DNA of 63,053 nt, filler included, from Octopus bimaculoides (lineage: Eukaryota): NCBI RefSeq assembly GCF_001194135.2. It is 5 parts of 5 records of this genome, joined end to end, with 100 filler letters (N's around TTAATTAATTAA, not from the genome) between each part and the next. Parts side by side here need not be neighbours in the genome. Positions count along the whole stretch, not along the records: positions 12,787 to 34,506 come from NC_068988.1; positions 34,607 to 59,693 come from NC_068997.1; 3 more parts are not named here. One strand, 5' to 3'. The translations under genes were made by a program, and so were the position numbers. The notes beneath the pieces were generated by a model. It saw nothing but the letters and a program-made list of their open reading frames with translations. It was not told the origin of the DNA and did not search any database. Position 1 is the first letter of the stretch, and each line of letters opens with the position of its first letter. Of this stretch, positions 24,976 to 37,490 are shown in pieces.

Positions 24976-27900
24976 GTATTATTATTATTAATCTGTAATA
25001 TGGATTACTATTATTATTATTATTGTTGTTGTTGTTGTTGTTGTTGTTGTTTTTGTTATTTTTGTTGTTGTTGTTGTAACAAAGGCAGCGAGATTGCAGA
25101 ATATTTTCCGCGCTGGAGAAAGCGATAGCGTCATTTCTTCCGTCTTTACCTTTCATTTTACTGGGTCTATGAAATTAGTCCTAGTGGAACACTGGGTTCA
25201 ATGTGATCGTTATGCTCCCCGCCCCCTTAATTTCAGTGCTTGTCTGATTACTAGATAACACTATTATTATCATCGCTTGTATATATAGCATTTACAAATA
25301 AATAGCTTAGTTCTTCAGTTTACTCAACTCATTATTTCGGTTTATTAATTACTATCGCCTACAAACCTGTGTCTATCCTAAATGTTCAATTATATTTCAG
25401 TCTTATGCAAAATTTGATTTTAAATTTGTTATATATCGGTGTGTAGATACGTTTACATACATCTACATATTCTTGCGTGTGTTTATGTGCGTGTTTGTAT
25501 GGGCCTGTATATATGTGTGTTTGTGTGTGCGCATACTCTGGGTAGAGGGAGAAAAAGAAGAAAGTGAGTGGGAAATATGTTGAAATTAGCATTAATAATT
25601 GCTTTTTTCCATTTGGCTTTCTATCAGAAGCATTCAGTTTTGCCATTGGCTTTTGCAATATATTTTTCATCATAAAATCTTAAATAAACAAAATGATTCA
25701 TGCAGTAAATTTATGACCTTTCAAATTTGAGTGATATACGTCCGAAATACATATTGAAAGTGTGCTCCAAGTAAAAAAAAAAAAACTTTTATTCTTAATT
25801 TGATATATTATCAATGGCAAAATATCTTAGTGTTAATACTGAAGAAACTTTTGGTGTCAGGTGAAATTTAGTAGTACACTAGATCTCATTGGTGTTTCGG
25901 CCAGTGAGTTATTTTAAAAATTTCGTCTTTCTGTTCCATACTGTATTGCGATGACTCATCACCACCATCTGTGTTGTTTGCCAATCTTGCACAGTTCTAC
26001 AAATCCGACAAATACACACTTCTACCATGCGTCTAAGCACAAAGAAATGGTACTACTCTGTTTCCAAGTCGAGTTGTGTAAGTTAAAGTTTGTTTTTAGT
26101 ATTGTAGTCCAATACAAGTTTATGGCATCCTACCATCTCAGCTAATATACTACTTGCACAATATCACTTCTAGTCTTTCACCACAACTTGACAAAAATGT
26201 TTGTAACACAAAATCTTTTCTCCGCTTAAAACTCTTATGTCTCTAAAACTGCTCTCCTGTACAGAGTAAATCAACTCCGAATGAGTGTTCCATTGGTTGA
26301 GAAGTCTTTTCTCTAAACTGTTCAAACACTTACTAAATGGATTAAAAATCTGTGACTGCTACTCCACAAAACTGGTACGTAGATCCACGAATAATCTCGT
26401 GTAAATATCACCTTAATTTCGATATTCACTTTATAGTGTTGATTTCTCTTCAATTGTGCTCTAAACGATTTTAGGCTTATAAAAACCATGACATGTTTAA
26501 AGATATCTGCTTACAGAAAGGGACATTGCCACATCATAGAATCAAGTATGGTACCCGATGTAATACTAACCACAATATTTAATGTATCCTTCAGTTTTTA
26601 ATATTTTTGACACGGTAGGAAATAATATACCTGATATAGCTTAAAAGTTGATTTCAAAAATCTAATGACATCCAGCTGTTGATTTTCCGATAGTAGAGTA
26701 TTATTAGAGTTTTAAGAGCATGGAAATACTTCCCAGAAATTAGAGATCGGTGCCAGTACTAAATTATTAATACAGCATTATGAGTTTGGGAAATTATTAA
26801 TGAATTAATTAATAATTAATAAATTATATAATTATATAATGAATAAAGTATTAACTAAATTATTAATACAGCATTATGAGTGGAAGTAAAAGCAGAATAT
26901 TATTATAATATTAAGAGCATGAACCGTATTCTCAAAATGAAAGGACGAGCACAAATCATTGAAACGTTCCACGTTTACCTTATAAAAATTACATTTTCTA
27001 TTTGTCAACGTCTTTTATTTTTAATGGAGTCAATGATATTACTTTCGGAACGTCTATTAATGCATACGCCGTCAATAATGATAGATATTTCATTTGTTGT
27101 TGTCAACTAGAAATAGAGATTTTTATATGTGCATGTGTGTATTTGTGTGTGTGTGCTTTTATTGTTGCTGTGTATACGCATGTCTCTGAACGCGTGTGAT
27201 TCTGTTACTTCTCTCAGGATCAGTTACTGCAATTACTGTTACTTACATTAAAACTCGTGAGTTAAACAAAATAATCAACCATAACGGGATTTTAAATTGT
27301 TTGAAATGTTGCGGCGAATTATCGCAAACCAACTCGTTATAGGCATGCCATGCCATCCTCCTTTTTGCGATCTTTAATAATTAGTTTTACCCACATTCAA
27401 AGCCTTTTTAGAATTTCTTACTTACTAGTATATATATATATATATNNNNNNNNNNNNNNNNNNNNNNNNNNNNNNNNNNNNNNNNNNNNNNNNNNNNNNN
27501 NNNNNNNNNNNNNNNNNNNNNNNNNNNNNNNNNNNNNNNNNNNNNNNNNNNNNNNNNNNNNNNNNNNNNNNNNNNNNNNNNNNNNNNNNNNNNNNNNNNN
27601 NNNNNNNNNNNNNNNNNNNNNNNNNNNNNNNNNNNNNNNNNNNNNNNNNNNNNNNNNNNNNATATATATACATATATATGTATATATGCATGCAAGTTTG
27701 AATCAGTATATTTTATTTTACCTGGCATGAAAACTAAATCCAAATATGAGTCTATATTTCTACAACTTATTTCTCTATTGAAGGAGCTCATAAGCAGTCT
27801 CTTGTCGTATTAGAAATAGCACGTGAATCAATTGCTGATGTGTGTTACCGGTTTCACAATTGCTTTACTAACGATAGTTCCCCATATATACCTTTGAGAG

Positions 27901-29525
27901 TACTTAATTTCCTCTCTTTAAACGTGCGTTTTGTTTTCCTTTGTTTAACCATGAAATAGATAACGTTTATCATTGCTCCAGTGGCAATAGATATATAAGA
28001 TAACTATTAAAAGAAGATAGAATTACAATTGGGAAATTATGAAACGTTATAATACGCGTATAATAGATTCCCTAGCGTAGACGTGAAATTACCGTATGAA
28101 AATTAACCGAAACAATAATTTGATTTTTTACTTCTCATTTTTCTATTTTGCAGCTGCAATCTTGTAATTAGTTAGTTAGTAAAGAAAAAATAATCTGTCA
28201 GATTAACTCCAAACTGTCGGCTAATTATACTTCAACGAAATTATTCAAACGCTAATGTTCATATAGATGTTAAATAAAATATCGGCATGCTCCTGTCTTC
28301 TCTCTGATTGGTGCACATAATCGCACAATTTTAAGAAGCAAGTCAATATAGTAATTGCTGATTTTTTTGTCGTGGAAACAATCTAATCTATTATTTCATT
28401 ATGCATTTTGTGTCTATGACTATCTTTTTTATTCTCTAATTTATTCGTCATTTAGCAAAATAACTTACGTTAGACCTAAGTGATCTATATTTAACAGTTA
28501 TTAAATTTGTGGAACTGTAAGAACCAAATAATTAGTTTCATTCTGGTACTGGTAACATATATTAGATCTGAGCGGAGAATTTCAAGTTAATTTTTTAACT
28601 GCTTGGCATGTGTGCATTTAACTGCACTCCCCTCAGACACCTTCTTCTTACCTGCAAATGTAAATGACAAAACAATACTAAAACAAACAATAATACATTT
28701 TAGTATCTTATTGTTGTCTTGATTTTGTAGGTTAATGAAGAGTTCCAATCAATATGAACCAACACTAATGCATACTGATGGTAAATTAGATAATTTGACG
28801 AAGGCAAACTTATCAATTATATTAATAGACTATTGAACATGTTGATTCTATAACATATGCAATGTCTGCTTGCTTTTTTTTCCACTTTATGTTTCTTAGA
28901 AACATAAAGGTAGAATGACTGAGACGTTTGATTTGAAATAACGAGGTTCCGGTTTCAAACCTTCTTCACATCCTTTCAGGCAAATAATGTATCAATTGGA
29001 CACGATGTACTGTCTCTGGGGTTTCATAGCAAAGTGTATCAAAGACGTTCTGATGCCAGAGCAATTGTACCGTAATTAAAACTGCAGAATTGTGAGACCC
29101 ATTGTATCATGGCGATTAGATCTAAGACGTCCAATATGTGAGTCGAATTATCAGCCATTTAGCTAGTTAAAACCCCAATTTAGTGACATGCATGGCTCCA
29201 TCAAACAACGATTTAAATGATTAGGCGACAAATTGAATAGTAATTTGATTAATATCAATTTAAAACCAGTCGCCTAGAATATTGAAAAAATCTGAAGATT
29301 CAGAAAAATTATATTACATACATATAATAGGGATGACCACTAAGTGGATATCCATTATGCTAGAAGTAGATCACCAACGATCTGACCACTAAGAAAAGAT
29401 TATCCCCAAGAAAATTCAGTAAACATCAGAACTTAAGCGAGAAAGACAAATTAAAATATACAAAATATAAAGAATTAATCGTAAACCGGTTTATTAACGA
29501 AAATTATTTACGTAATAGTCCTCAC

Positions 29526-29824
29526 CTCAAACGTACGATCGTTCTTTTCAATATAATTTGCAGAACTATACAATTTGTTCTTTAATCGGCTAAATTCACT
29601 GCAGTGAATTATCTTCTGCAGAATTGTTTCCGGTATTTTGGCGCGCCAAAACGAAGACATTTGAAATATAACCCCAATGTTATTGGTAGAAGTATATACA
29701 TGTCCTATTTTCTGCGGAAGTTTCGTGTATAGTTCTCCAAACACTCCTCGGCAAAGCTAGCCTACAGGCTAAGTTCTCATTACGAAGTCTCCATTGTCAC
29801 AGAAGTAAACAAATTCTCTACACC
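29526..29824 (-). CDS. Candidate 299-nt exon (99 codons, two in-frame TAGs near its 5' end; alternatively a 231-nt exon from 29756)
   Basis: Long T-rich tract plus TTAG acceptor at 29825 and GAG|GTGAGG donor at 29526; the frame is open over the last 77 codons. Confidence 0.35.
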
Positions 29825-29927
29825 CTAAGAACCAAAGAATGGTCAGCCGAACAGAATAAATTTTAAAAAGTCAAAAACAAAATAAAAATGAAATAGTGTA
29901 TACAAGATGAACAAATGCACACAACAC

Positions 29928-30025
<98 letters not shown>

Positions 30026-31569
30026 CACACATACTATAGATAAAAGTTCTGTTCCAATTATGTTATTGCTTGTTGTGTGCACGCGCAAAATTAAAACTCA
30101 GAGCCAATTGAAATTACCTTGTTTTTTTTATTCTATATTTCGTGTTTGTTATGAGCGTATTTAAAAACCTGATCTTCGATATAAGCTTAGAAGGATTTTT
30201 TTCCAAAATCCTTTCCTGTACCTGTTGTTTTTAACATGTCCGAGGGGACATTTGCCTCTACCTCCACTGCCACTACAGCTTCTTTTTGTCCTAATTTTTT
30301 TTCGATTTCTCTTTTTTTGATACCGGAGATTAGGATTTCGCCCAAAGAAACACGTTCTTAATATTTTAGTTTTCTTGCTCCTCAACCCTTAGTTTTACTT
30401 CTTTTACTCTTTTCCAATTTTTTTTTTCTTAGTAATCCACTGAGAAAAAGGAGAGAACATTAATCATTAAAAGTTTTCTTCGATTTGTTCTTTAAGAAAC
30501 ACGAAAATCTCTTCCCAAACATCCACTCATCACCTCACCACTTTCAAAAAGATACAAACTCTCAATTATTCCATTTTAGCTTTTTAGAAAGCGTAGAGGT
30601 TTCTTCAGAAACATTGTCGTTTACTTCTTTCCAGCATGTCGGGTTTTCTGCATTTTTTTACGTCTGGTATTTCAGTACAATTCAAGCTTGCGTAAGACAT
30701 CAGACGAAAGTGAAACATTGAGAGGTTTTAGCTTTTTGAAAATGGGTAGGTGATAGGTGGTTGAGGTGAGGAATGGCCTTTAAGTGTTTCTATAAAAACA
30801 AAAAAACTTTAAAAACTATATATATTTTTCCCAGATTCGTAATCTCTATTTTTCTACGTGGATAAAAAAAAATCAAAAAAGTTACAAACTAAGGAATTGC
30901 GATGGGGCTGGAAATTAAAATTTTGAGAACGTTATTTCTGGGTAAAATCCTGTTTACCCCTTTTTATACAATGAAAAAATACATAGTCCGTGATCCTTCT
31001 TAAGAACAGAAAGCGTTTTCATGGAAACCCATGTAAATTTTACCGTTACCCTTCATTTTTAACCAAACAATAACTTCCATTACGCCAGTAATCCAGTTCA
31101 CTATATATTAACTCTACCGATTCTGCCCGTAAGAAAGGAACAAGTAATAAAATTTGCTGTAGATCATAACACCCGGTACATACCGGGATACATTGCTATA
31201 ACGAATATCAGCGATTTATGAAATAATTACAGCTATCATTCTACCAGTTCTACTGCATGTACTTTTGGTGTTTCATTCGCACTCTCAGTAGTGTTAGTTG
31301 CTAAACCATGAATTATATAGAAATAATCATTTTAACGAAATTCCTTTTAGCTCCGATGCGAGAGAATCGATGTTGATAAGTATTTCTTTTATCCTATACT
31401 ATCCACCTTTTATTCCCTATATTAGCTGCATATCGCATGAAGCTTACTAACTTTCTACACGTGGATCCCTGATTAATCACCTAGTGAAATTTGTTCCGTC
31501 TCTTTCGAACAGTAGTTGTGTGGAAGTCAGAAACTGAGGTTGGAAATATCATTTATGGATATCTCTTAC

Positions 31570-31673
31570 CCGTTAAAATGAATATATGAGTTTGTTGATT
31601 CACAGCACAAAACAAATGATTCTCCCATTGATGTGGAATGCTCATTTCTTGTTTAACAATTCTTCTATGAATT
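31570..31673 (-). CDS. Candidate 104-nt exon (IHRRIVKQEMSIPHQWENHLFCAVNQQTHIFILT), gene unknown
   Basis: ggtttccAG acceptor, CGG|GTAAGA donor, open frame. Confidence 0.3.
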
Positions 31674-32267
31674 CTGGAAACCGGAATCTTGAAGTGTTCT
31701 TCAATGAATTTAGATCTCAGAAAAACTCATCTCCTAATTATGTCTTTAGATCTCAGAAAAACTCATCTCCTTAAATTATGTCTAATTGTCAATTCTACGT
31801 GACATAACCCTGAGACAGGTGACTGGGTTAAAAAAAAAAAGACAAACTCATCTCTTAATATTGTTCTAGATAATTTCTCAAAGAAATGACAGATAATCTT
31901 GATAAGTAATGTCGAATTCAAGTCCAGGAACTATGCACTGTAAGTGAATAATATTAATCACTTTGAAAATTTCAGAAGCACTCTGGAAATCTGAACCATG
32001 TTGATAAAACTGGAAACCCGTAAAGTTTACCACTTGATGCCTACCGGAAACTTCTATCAAAACAACTATATAGGGACTACAAATTTGTACTGGACTCCAC
32101 TTTAAGAGGTAAACTAACCGAAAAACTCGTGGTTTAGCCTTTAAACTCGGTCTGGAAGACAGTACATTCGAAACTACATAACCTCGACTTTTCTTATAGG
32201 AGAAACAGCTGTAAGCTACTAAAGTTCTCAAGATAATCGTATATCCTTTCGTCATCTTATATCTATC

Positions 32268-32297
32268 TATTTGTCTATCTATCTATCTATCTGTCTG

Positions 32298-32371
<74 letters not shown>
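32268..32371. repeat. (TATC)n microsatellite
   Basis: Directly visible. Confidence 0.97.
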
Positions 32372-32373
<2 letters not shown>

Positions 32374-32430
32374 ATAGGTGCAGGAATGGCTGTGTGGCAA
32401 GTAGCTTCCTTACCAAGCACATGGTTCCGC
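32374..32430 (+). mobile_element. CORE-SINE tRNA-like head fragment
   Basis: gcaggaatggctgtgtggcaagtagcttccttaccaagcacatggttcc is homologous to 6838-6890. Confidence 0.75.
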
Positions 32431-32644
32431 TTAGTTTAGAATAGGGGCAGCTGATGAAGGAAATATTCTTTATGTGGCCTGTTTGTTTTCTGTGCTCTGT
32501 TTATGTTCTGTTTTTAATTTTGTCTAGGTTTTTTTGTGACGTCCTGTACCCAGATATGCATCTATATATACATGTACGTATATATGCATATACTCACATA
32601 TTTGTATTATATATATATATATGGGAGAATATACAAATAATAAC

Positions 32645-32735
32645 AACAGACGAGGACAGGTGGTGTAAATAACAAAAGTATATATTAGTATGACGCTCGG
32701 GAATACGGAAAGTCTTTGACGTTTCGAGCTACGCT
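32645..32735 (-). mobile_element. Family 2 repeat, copy 3 (truncated by a gap)
   Basis: Reverse complement agcgtagctcGAAACGTCaaagacttt...cccgagcgt matches the other two copies. Confidence 0.65.
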
Positions 32736-34055
32736 NNNNNNNNNNNNNNNNNNNNNNNNNNNNNNNNNNNNNNNNNNNNNNNNNNNNNNNNNNNNNNNNN
32801 NNNNNNNNNNNNNNNNNNNNNNNNNNNNNNNNNNNNNNNNNNNNNNNNNNNNNNNNNNNNNNNNNNNNNNNNNNNNNNNNNNNNNNNNNNNNNNNNNNNN
32901 NNNNNNNNNNNNNNNNNNNNNNNNNNNNNNNNNNNNNNNNNNNNNNNNNNNNNNNNNNNNNNNNNNNNNNNNNNNNNNNNNNNNNNNNNNNNNNNNNNNN
33001 NNNNNNNNNNNNNNNNNNNNNNAAGGTAGAGTAGGAGTGTGTTGGGGTGTGGTGGGATGAGCTTATGAGAGGGTGTTGACGAGGAGGGAGAAGGGGAAGG
33101 TGGATGTAAGTGAGGGGGAAGATGGGTATGGGAGGGGAGAGGAAGAGAGGAGAGAGGGTGGGTATAAGAGAGGGAAGGTGGATTAAGAGAGGGGGAAGGT
33201 GGGTATGGGGGGAGAGAAATATATATATATTTATGTGCATGTGTGTGTGTGTGTGTTTGGTTGCGTGTGTGTGTGTTTGGTTGCGTGTGTGTATATATGC
33301 ATGTATATCGTGATAACAATGTTTTAGTAGACGAACAAGTGTCTGTGTATAAGAGATTATATATAGACCTGAGTATTTCATGATACCGGATGTGAATAGA
33401 TGCAGATTCTAATGGATGCATTTCGATACGGAATGATTACCAAAAATCTATGACCCAATGCCATATATAGTGTACGTATCAGCCTCTATATTGTATGCAT
33501 ATAATTGTTTCTATGTGGATGCATATACTGCTGGGCGTGTCTCACCTATATTAATAGTTTTGTATCTGTAAGTTTACATGAGTTTCACTTTTGTTGATAA
33601 GTTATTTAATCGTAAAATAATATTCGTGGCCTATGTTGTTTGTGTAGAGGGCTGAATTCATATTTTCGATATTTCTAACGTATATTTATTGGCATTATTT
33701 ATGTTCATTGTTTGCTTGTATAATGTCGAACAACGATTCATTTTATGCACCTCTAAATCGAATATAGAAAAATGTCACATCATAATGCCTGGCTGAAGAC
33801 TAAGTGAATCAGAAAAAAAATCAAAATTAAAAACTTGTAGTCATTATGTCTTTCATTCACTTTTTTTTTTATTAAAGATATGAAAAAGAATATAGTAACT
33901 AAAACAAACAAAAAATCGAATAAGTCAGATGTAATTATTTTCTACTAAATAACCTTAAAAAATAACTAATACGGCATGAAATATCGCAATTTCGAAAATG
34001 TCGCTGATATTTAAGATCAATTTTGTTCACTCTCAATAATATTTCTTGTTCATTT

Positions 34056-34057
<2 letters not shown>

Positions 34058-34115
<58 letters not shown>

Positions 34116-34246
34116 CTGGTGGTGGTGTTAGCAGCAGCAATAGTAGTGGTATCTACAGGAACAATAATATTACTAGTAACATCATCATCATCATTATCAT
34201 CGACAAGAACAGCAACAAAAACAACGACGAGAATAATAATAATAAT

Positions 34247-34299
<53 letters not shown>

Positions 34300-34338
34300 T
34301 AATAAAAATAATAATGATAATAATAATAACAACAACAA

Positions 34339-34373
<35 letters not shown>

Positions 34374-34462
34374 ACAACAACAACAACAACAAAAACAAAA
34401 ACAAAAACAAAAACAAAAACAAAAACAAAAACACAAACAAAAACAATAATAATAACAATAAT

Positions 34463-34506
<44 letters not shown>
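34058..34506. repeat. Microsatellite cluster (GTA)n,(AAT)n,(AAC)n,(AAAAAC)n,(GAT)n
   Basis: Directly visible; source of several low-complexity ORFs. Confidence 0.97.
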
Positions 34507-34818
34507 NNNNNNNNNNNNNNNNNNNNNNNNNNNNNNNNNNNNNNNNNNNNTTAATTAATTAANNNNNNNNNNNNNNNNNNNNNNNNNNNNNNNNNNNNNN
34601 NNNNNNTATATATATATGTATATATATATGTATATATATATGTATATATATATGTATACATGTATATGTATACATGTATATATATATATGTATATATATA
34701 TATATGTATATATATATGTATATATATGTATATATATATGTATATATATGTATATATATATGTGTATATATGTATATATATATATATACATGTATATATA
34801 TATGTGTGCGTGTGTGCA

Positions 34819-34852
<34 letters not shown>

Positions 34853-35529
34853 AAAATCAATAAATATATATATTTATACATACACACATATATGTACGTA
34901 TGTCTGTATAAATGCATGTGAGTACACAAATGTATGCTGATGTTTGCATGCTGCACCACCTCTCTTGCTACGAAATTTAGGGTTTGTTTTCTGTTCAAAC
35001 GACCAGATTCTTCGTTGCCTCAAAGAAACATATGTAAACAAGAATGCAATCGATAAACATTGAAGAAACACATCAAACATTTCGGTGAAGATGTAAATAT
35101 TCTTGTTGGATGTTTTTGCAATCCTCTTATTGCTTTCATTCTATGTATGTATTGCCGTTCATTAATGTTCTTGCTTCTCTTGTTATCGTTGTTGTACTGA
35201 AATACCAGCAATTGTTGTTTTTGTTGTTGCTTCAGCGATGTTCTTCCAATTGCGTTTGTTGTATGTTGATAGTGTTTCGTCTCTGACATGTCGTCTGCTT
35301 CATCTCGCTCTTAATCTCATTGCTGCTTTTCTACTGTTATTGTTGTTGTTGTTATAGGTTCGTCGTGTTCAGTGATGCCATTGTTGTTATAGTTGTTTCG
35401 ATATTTTTCCCCCTCTTCTCCCTACTCCAAATTACAGTCAGCCTCTGTTTCATGTGATTTCGTATAGACATCTGTGGTTCAGTGGCTTTCTCTGTCTAAA
35501 TTAGTTTGGTTGTTGTTATTGTTGCTGTT

Positions 35530-35660
35530 GCTCTCCTCCTGCTCTTCCTCCTCCTCCTCTTCTTCCTCCTCCTCCTCTTCTTCTTCTTCTTCTTCTTCTT
35601 CTTTTTCCTCCTCTTCTTCTTCTTTTTCCTCCTCTTCTTCTTCTTCTTCTTCTTCTTTTC
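35530..35660. repeat. (TCT/TCC)n polypyrimidine microsatellite
   Basis: Directly visible. Confidence 0.95.
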
Positions 35661-35984
35661 CAGCTAATTTCATATTATTTTCTTATTATTATAGTTTTTG
35701 CTATTTTTGTGCCTTTCATCGTTGTTGCTGTCGCTTTTCCATTTATTGCAGCAATCATTTTTGTTTTACTTGTTGTTGTTTCTGTCACTCGTCTTCTACT
35801 GATTGCATCGTAAGTTGAAGGGTTGCAGCATTTATTTCTTTTTTTTATATTCTATTATATTTGTTGTTATTGTCGTCGATTTTCTTCTTTTTCTTCTTCC
35901 TCTTCTACTTTTCTCCTTCCTCGTTTTCTTGTTGTTGTTGTCATTATTATCACCATTATCATCATTATTAATTATTACGCTAAT

Positions 35985-36330
35985 ACAAGCTAATTTCGAG
36001 GTTTGGTCATAAGTCTCCTCAAATAGCAAGAATCCTCCATAGAAGATACTTGAGATTTGAAGAAGGTCGAAATAATCAATCACTTTTTGACTGATTGATA
36101 CTTTCTTCTCCGTTTCTGCAGATTCTACATTTGCTGTCTGACTGACTTTTGTCGATCTTTGCCTTTGTCAGGTTTGGCCTAATATCTGGTTCCTGAACGG
36201 CTATAATCAGCGTGTCGGCCTCTCATCCGTTAACCAGAGCCAGCGGTGAGTACATCCTTCTCAGTTCGTTGCCAGAATTGGCCATTCACTTCCTTTGGTT
36301 GGTTCAATCGTTTTGCAAGCCAGCTGCCCT
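35985..36330 (-). mobile_element. R4/Dong-like LINE fragment (pre-zinc-finger region)
   Basis: EADTLIIAVQEPDIRPNLTKAKIDKSQSDSKCRICRNGEESIN; upstream KEVNGQFWQ. Confidence 0.75.
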
Positions 36331-36429
36331 TCTGGGGGAGGGGATGACGTTTGTTAACTAAAACCTCATTTTGTTGGGAGATACAAACCTCTTGGTTTTC
36401 AAATTACTTTGAAAATTTGCTTCGAAGAA

Positions 36430-37490
36430 ACTAAACATTGAAGATGGAGACCACAAGCGGGAGTGAGGACGGAAGGTGGTACGGCAATTTGCACGAGGAT
36501 TTCTCCGTCCTCCTCAACAGAAATGGCTGAAGAAAAGAAGGAAGAAGTGAACAGTCAAGAAAAGAAGCAAGAAGAGGAAAAGCAGAAAGAAAGCGAGAGT
36601 AAGAAAGAGTAAAATCTTTCTCGCTACATGGAAATTGTAGTAGCACGCAAAACAATATTAAAAGCAAATTCGGCGGAGAGTCTAAATGGAGTTAGCGGTG
36701 GGAAAGAAACTTTTGCAAATATCACGGTAGCTGAGGAATTAGTTAATAACTCATTGGAAAGCAAAATAGAAAAACTCAAGAAGGTAGCAAAATAAATGAA
36801 AATGAATTGAAAGAGGGAAGAATTGACGCCTCCAAGTGACGTTCTCAAAGCAACAACCAGACACACTGTCTTTGTGTCCACACACCTGTAGACAACAAAG
36901 AAATTCGAAAATGCTAATCGTGATCTTGTGGGAAAAGCCTCCAAACAAATATGACAAGATATCCACCACATTGCGAGAGCGAGGCAGTAAAGCGGAGTAG
37001 AGGTCCTTTTTAAGACCAAGAAGCAGACAATACAGAGCTCAGTGACCACGCGTCGCATCGGGAAAATCACCCTCTTCCCAAAGTACATAGGAAGAAGGGC
37101 GGTACGAATTACGGTACCTGCAGTCCCACTAGGCTTGGATCTATGGTGGATTCTCGCTTGTATTTCTACTGACGGCGGGGAGAATCTCATAGATGTTAAA
37201 AGATCGAGAGGGTGGTCCTGAACGTGAACGATAACGAAGGCAGTGCTCTTAGACTGGTCGCAGAATACGCATTGACTGGAACGGGGCAGCCGGAGTTCTT
37301 CAGAGGTGCGGATGTCTTTCTAGGGACGTCTCGCTCTTTAGTGTTAGTGGGCGATTGAAACACTATTGTAGATGCATGTGTGGATTAGGTTGGTCTCGCA
37401 GATAGGAAAGCTGGGGTCCGCAAGCCTCACAAACCTGCTCCGTCGTTTCCAGGTGGCGGACTGGTTCAGACTGGATATTTCAGTTAGAAA
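36430..37490 (+). mobile_element. L1/Tx1-like LINE remnant: ORF1 N-terminal half fused to an APE endonuclease segment
   Basis: LFPKYIGRRAVRITV (ORF1-like), then RVVLNVNDNEGSALRLVAEYA..FFRGADVFLGTSRSLVLVGD*N..SLTNLLRRFQVADWFRL (L1-EN GDxN region). Confidence 0.7.

Noticed and set aside
16850-31673. Trypsin-like echoes on the minus strand (RIVKQEMSIPHQW at ~31650; NDYLALIRI at ~16870)
   Set aside because: No TAAHC or GDSGGP motif and the spacing is wrong; likely chance.
31720-31785. Short regularly spaced repeats as CRISPR-like arrays (37-bp unit here; 17-bp unit at 39590-39660)
   Set aside because: Head-to-tail minisatellites without unique spacers, in eukaryotic DNA.
32445-32480. CTGATGAAG as a further hammerhead (also 62701)
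   Set aside because: No correctly placed GAAAC/NUH downstream.
33023-33225. G-rich purine tract as a regulatory G-quadruplex
   Set aside because: Irregular low-complexity sequence next to a gap, with no linked promoter evidence.
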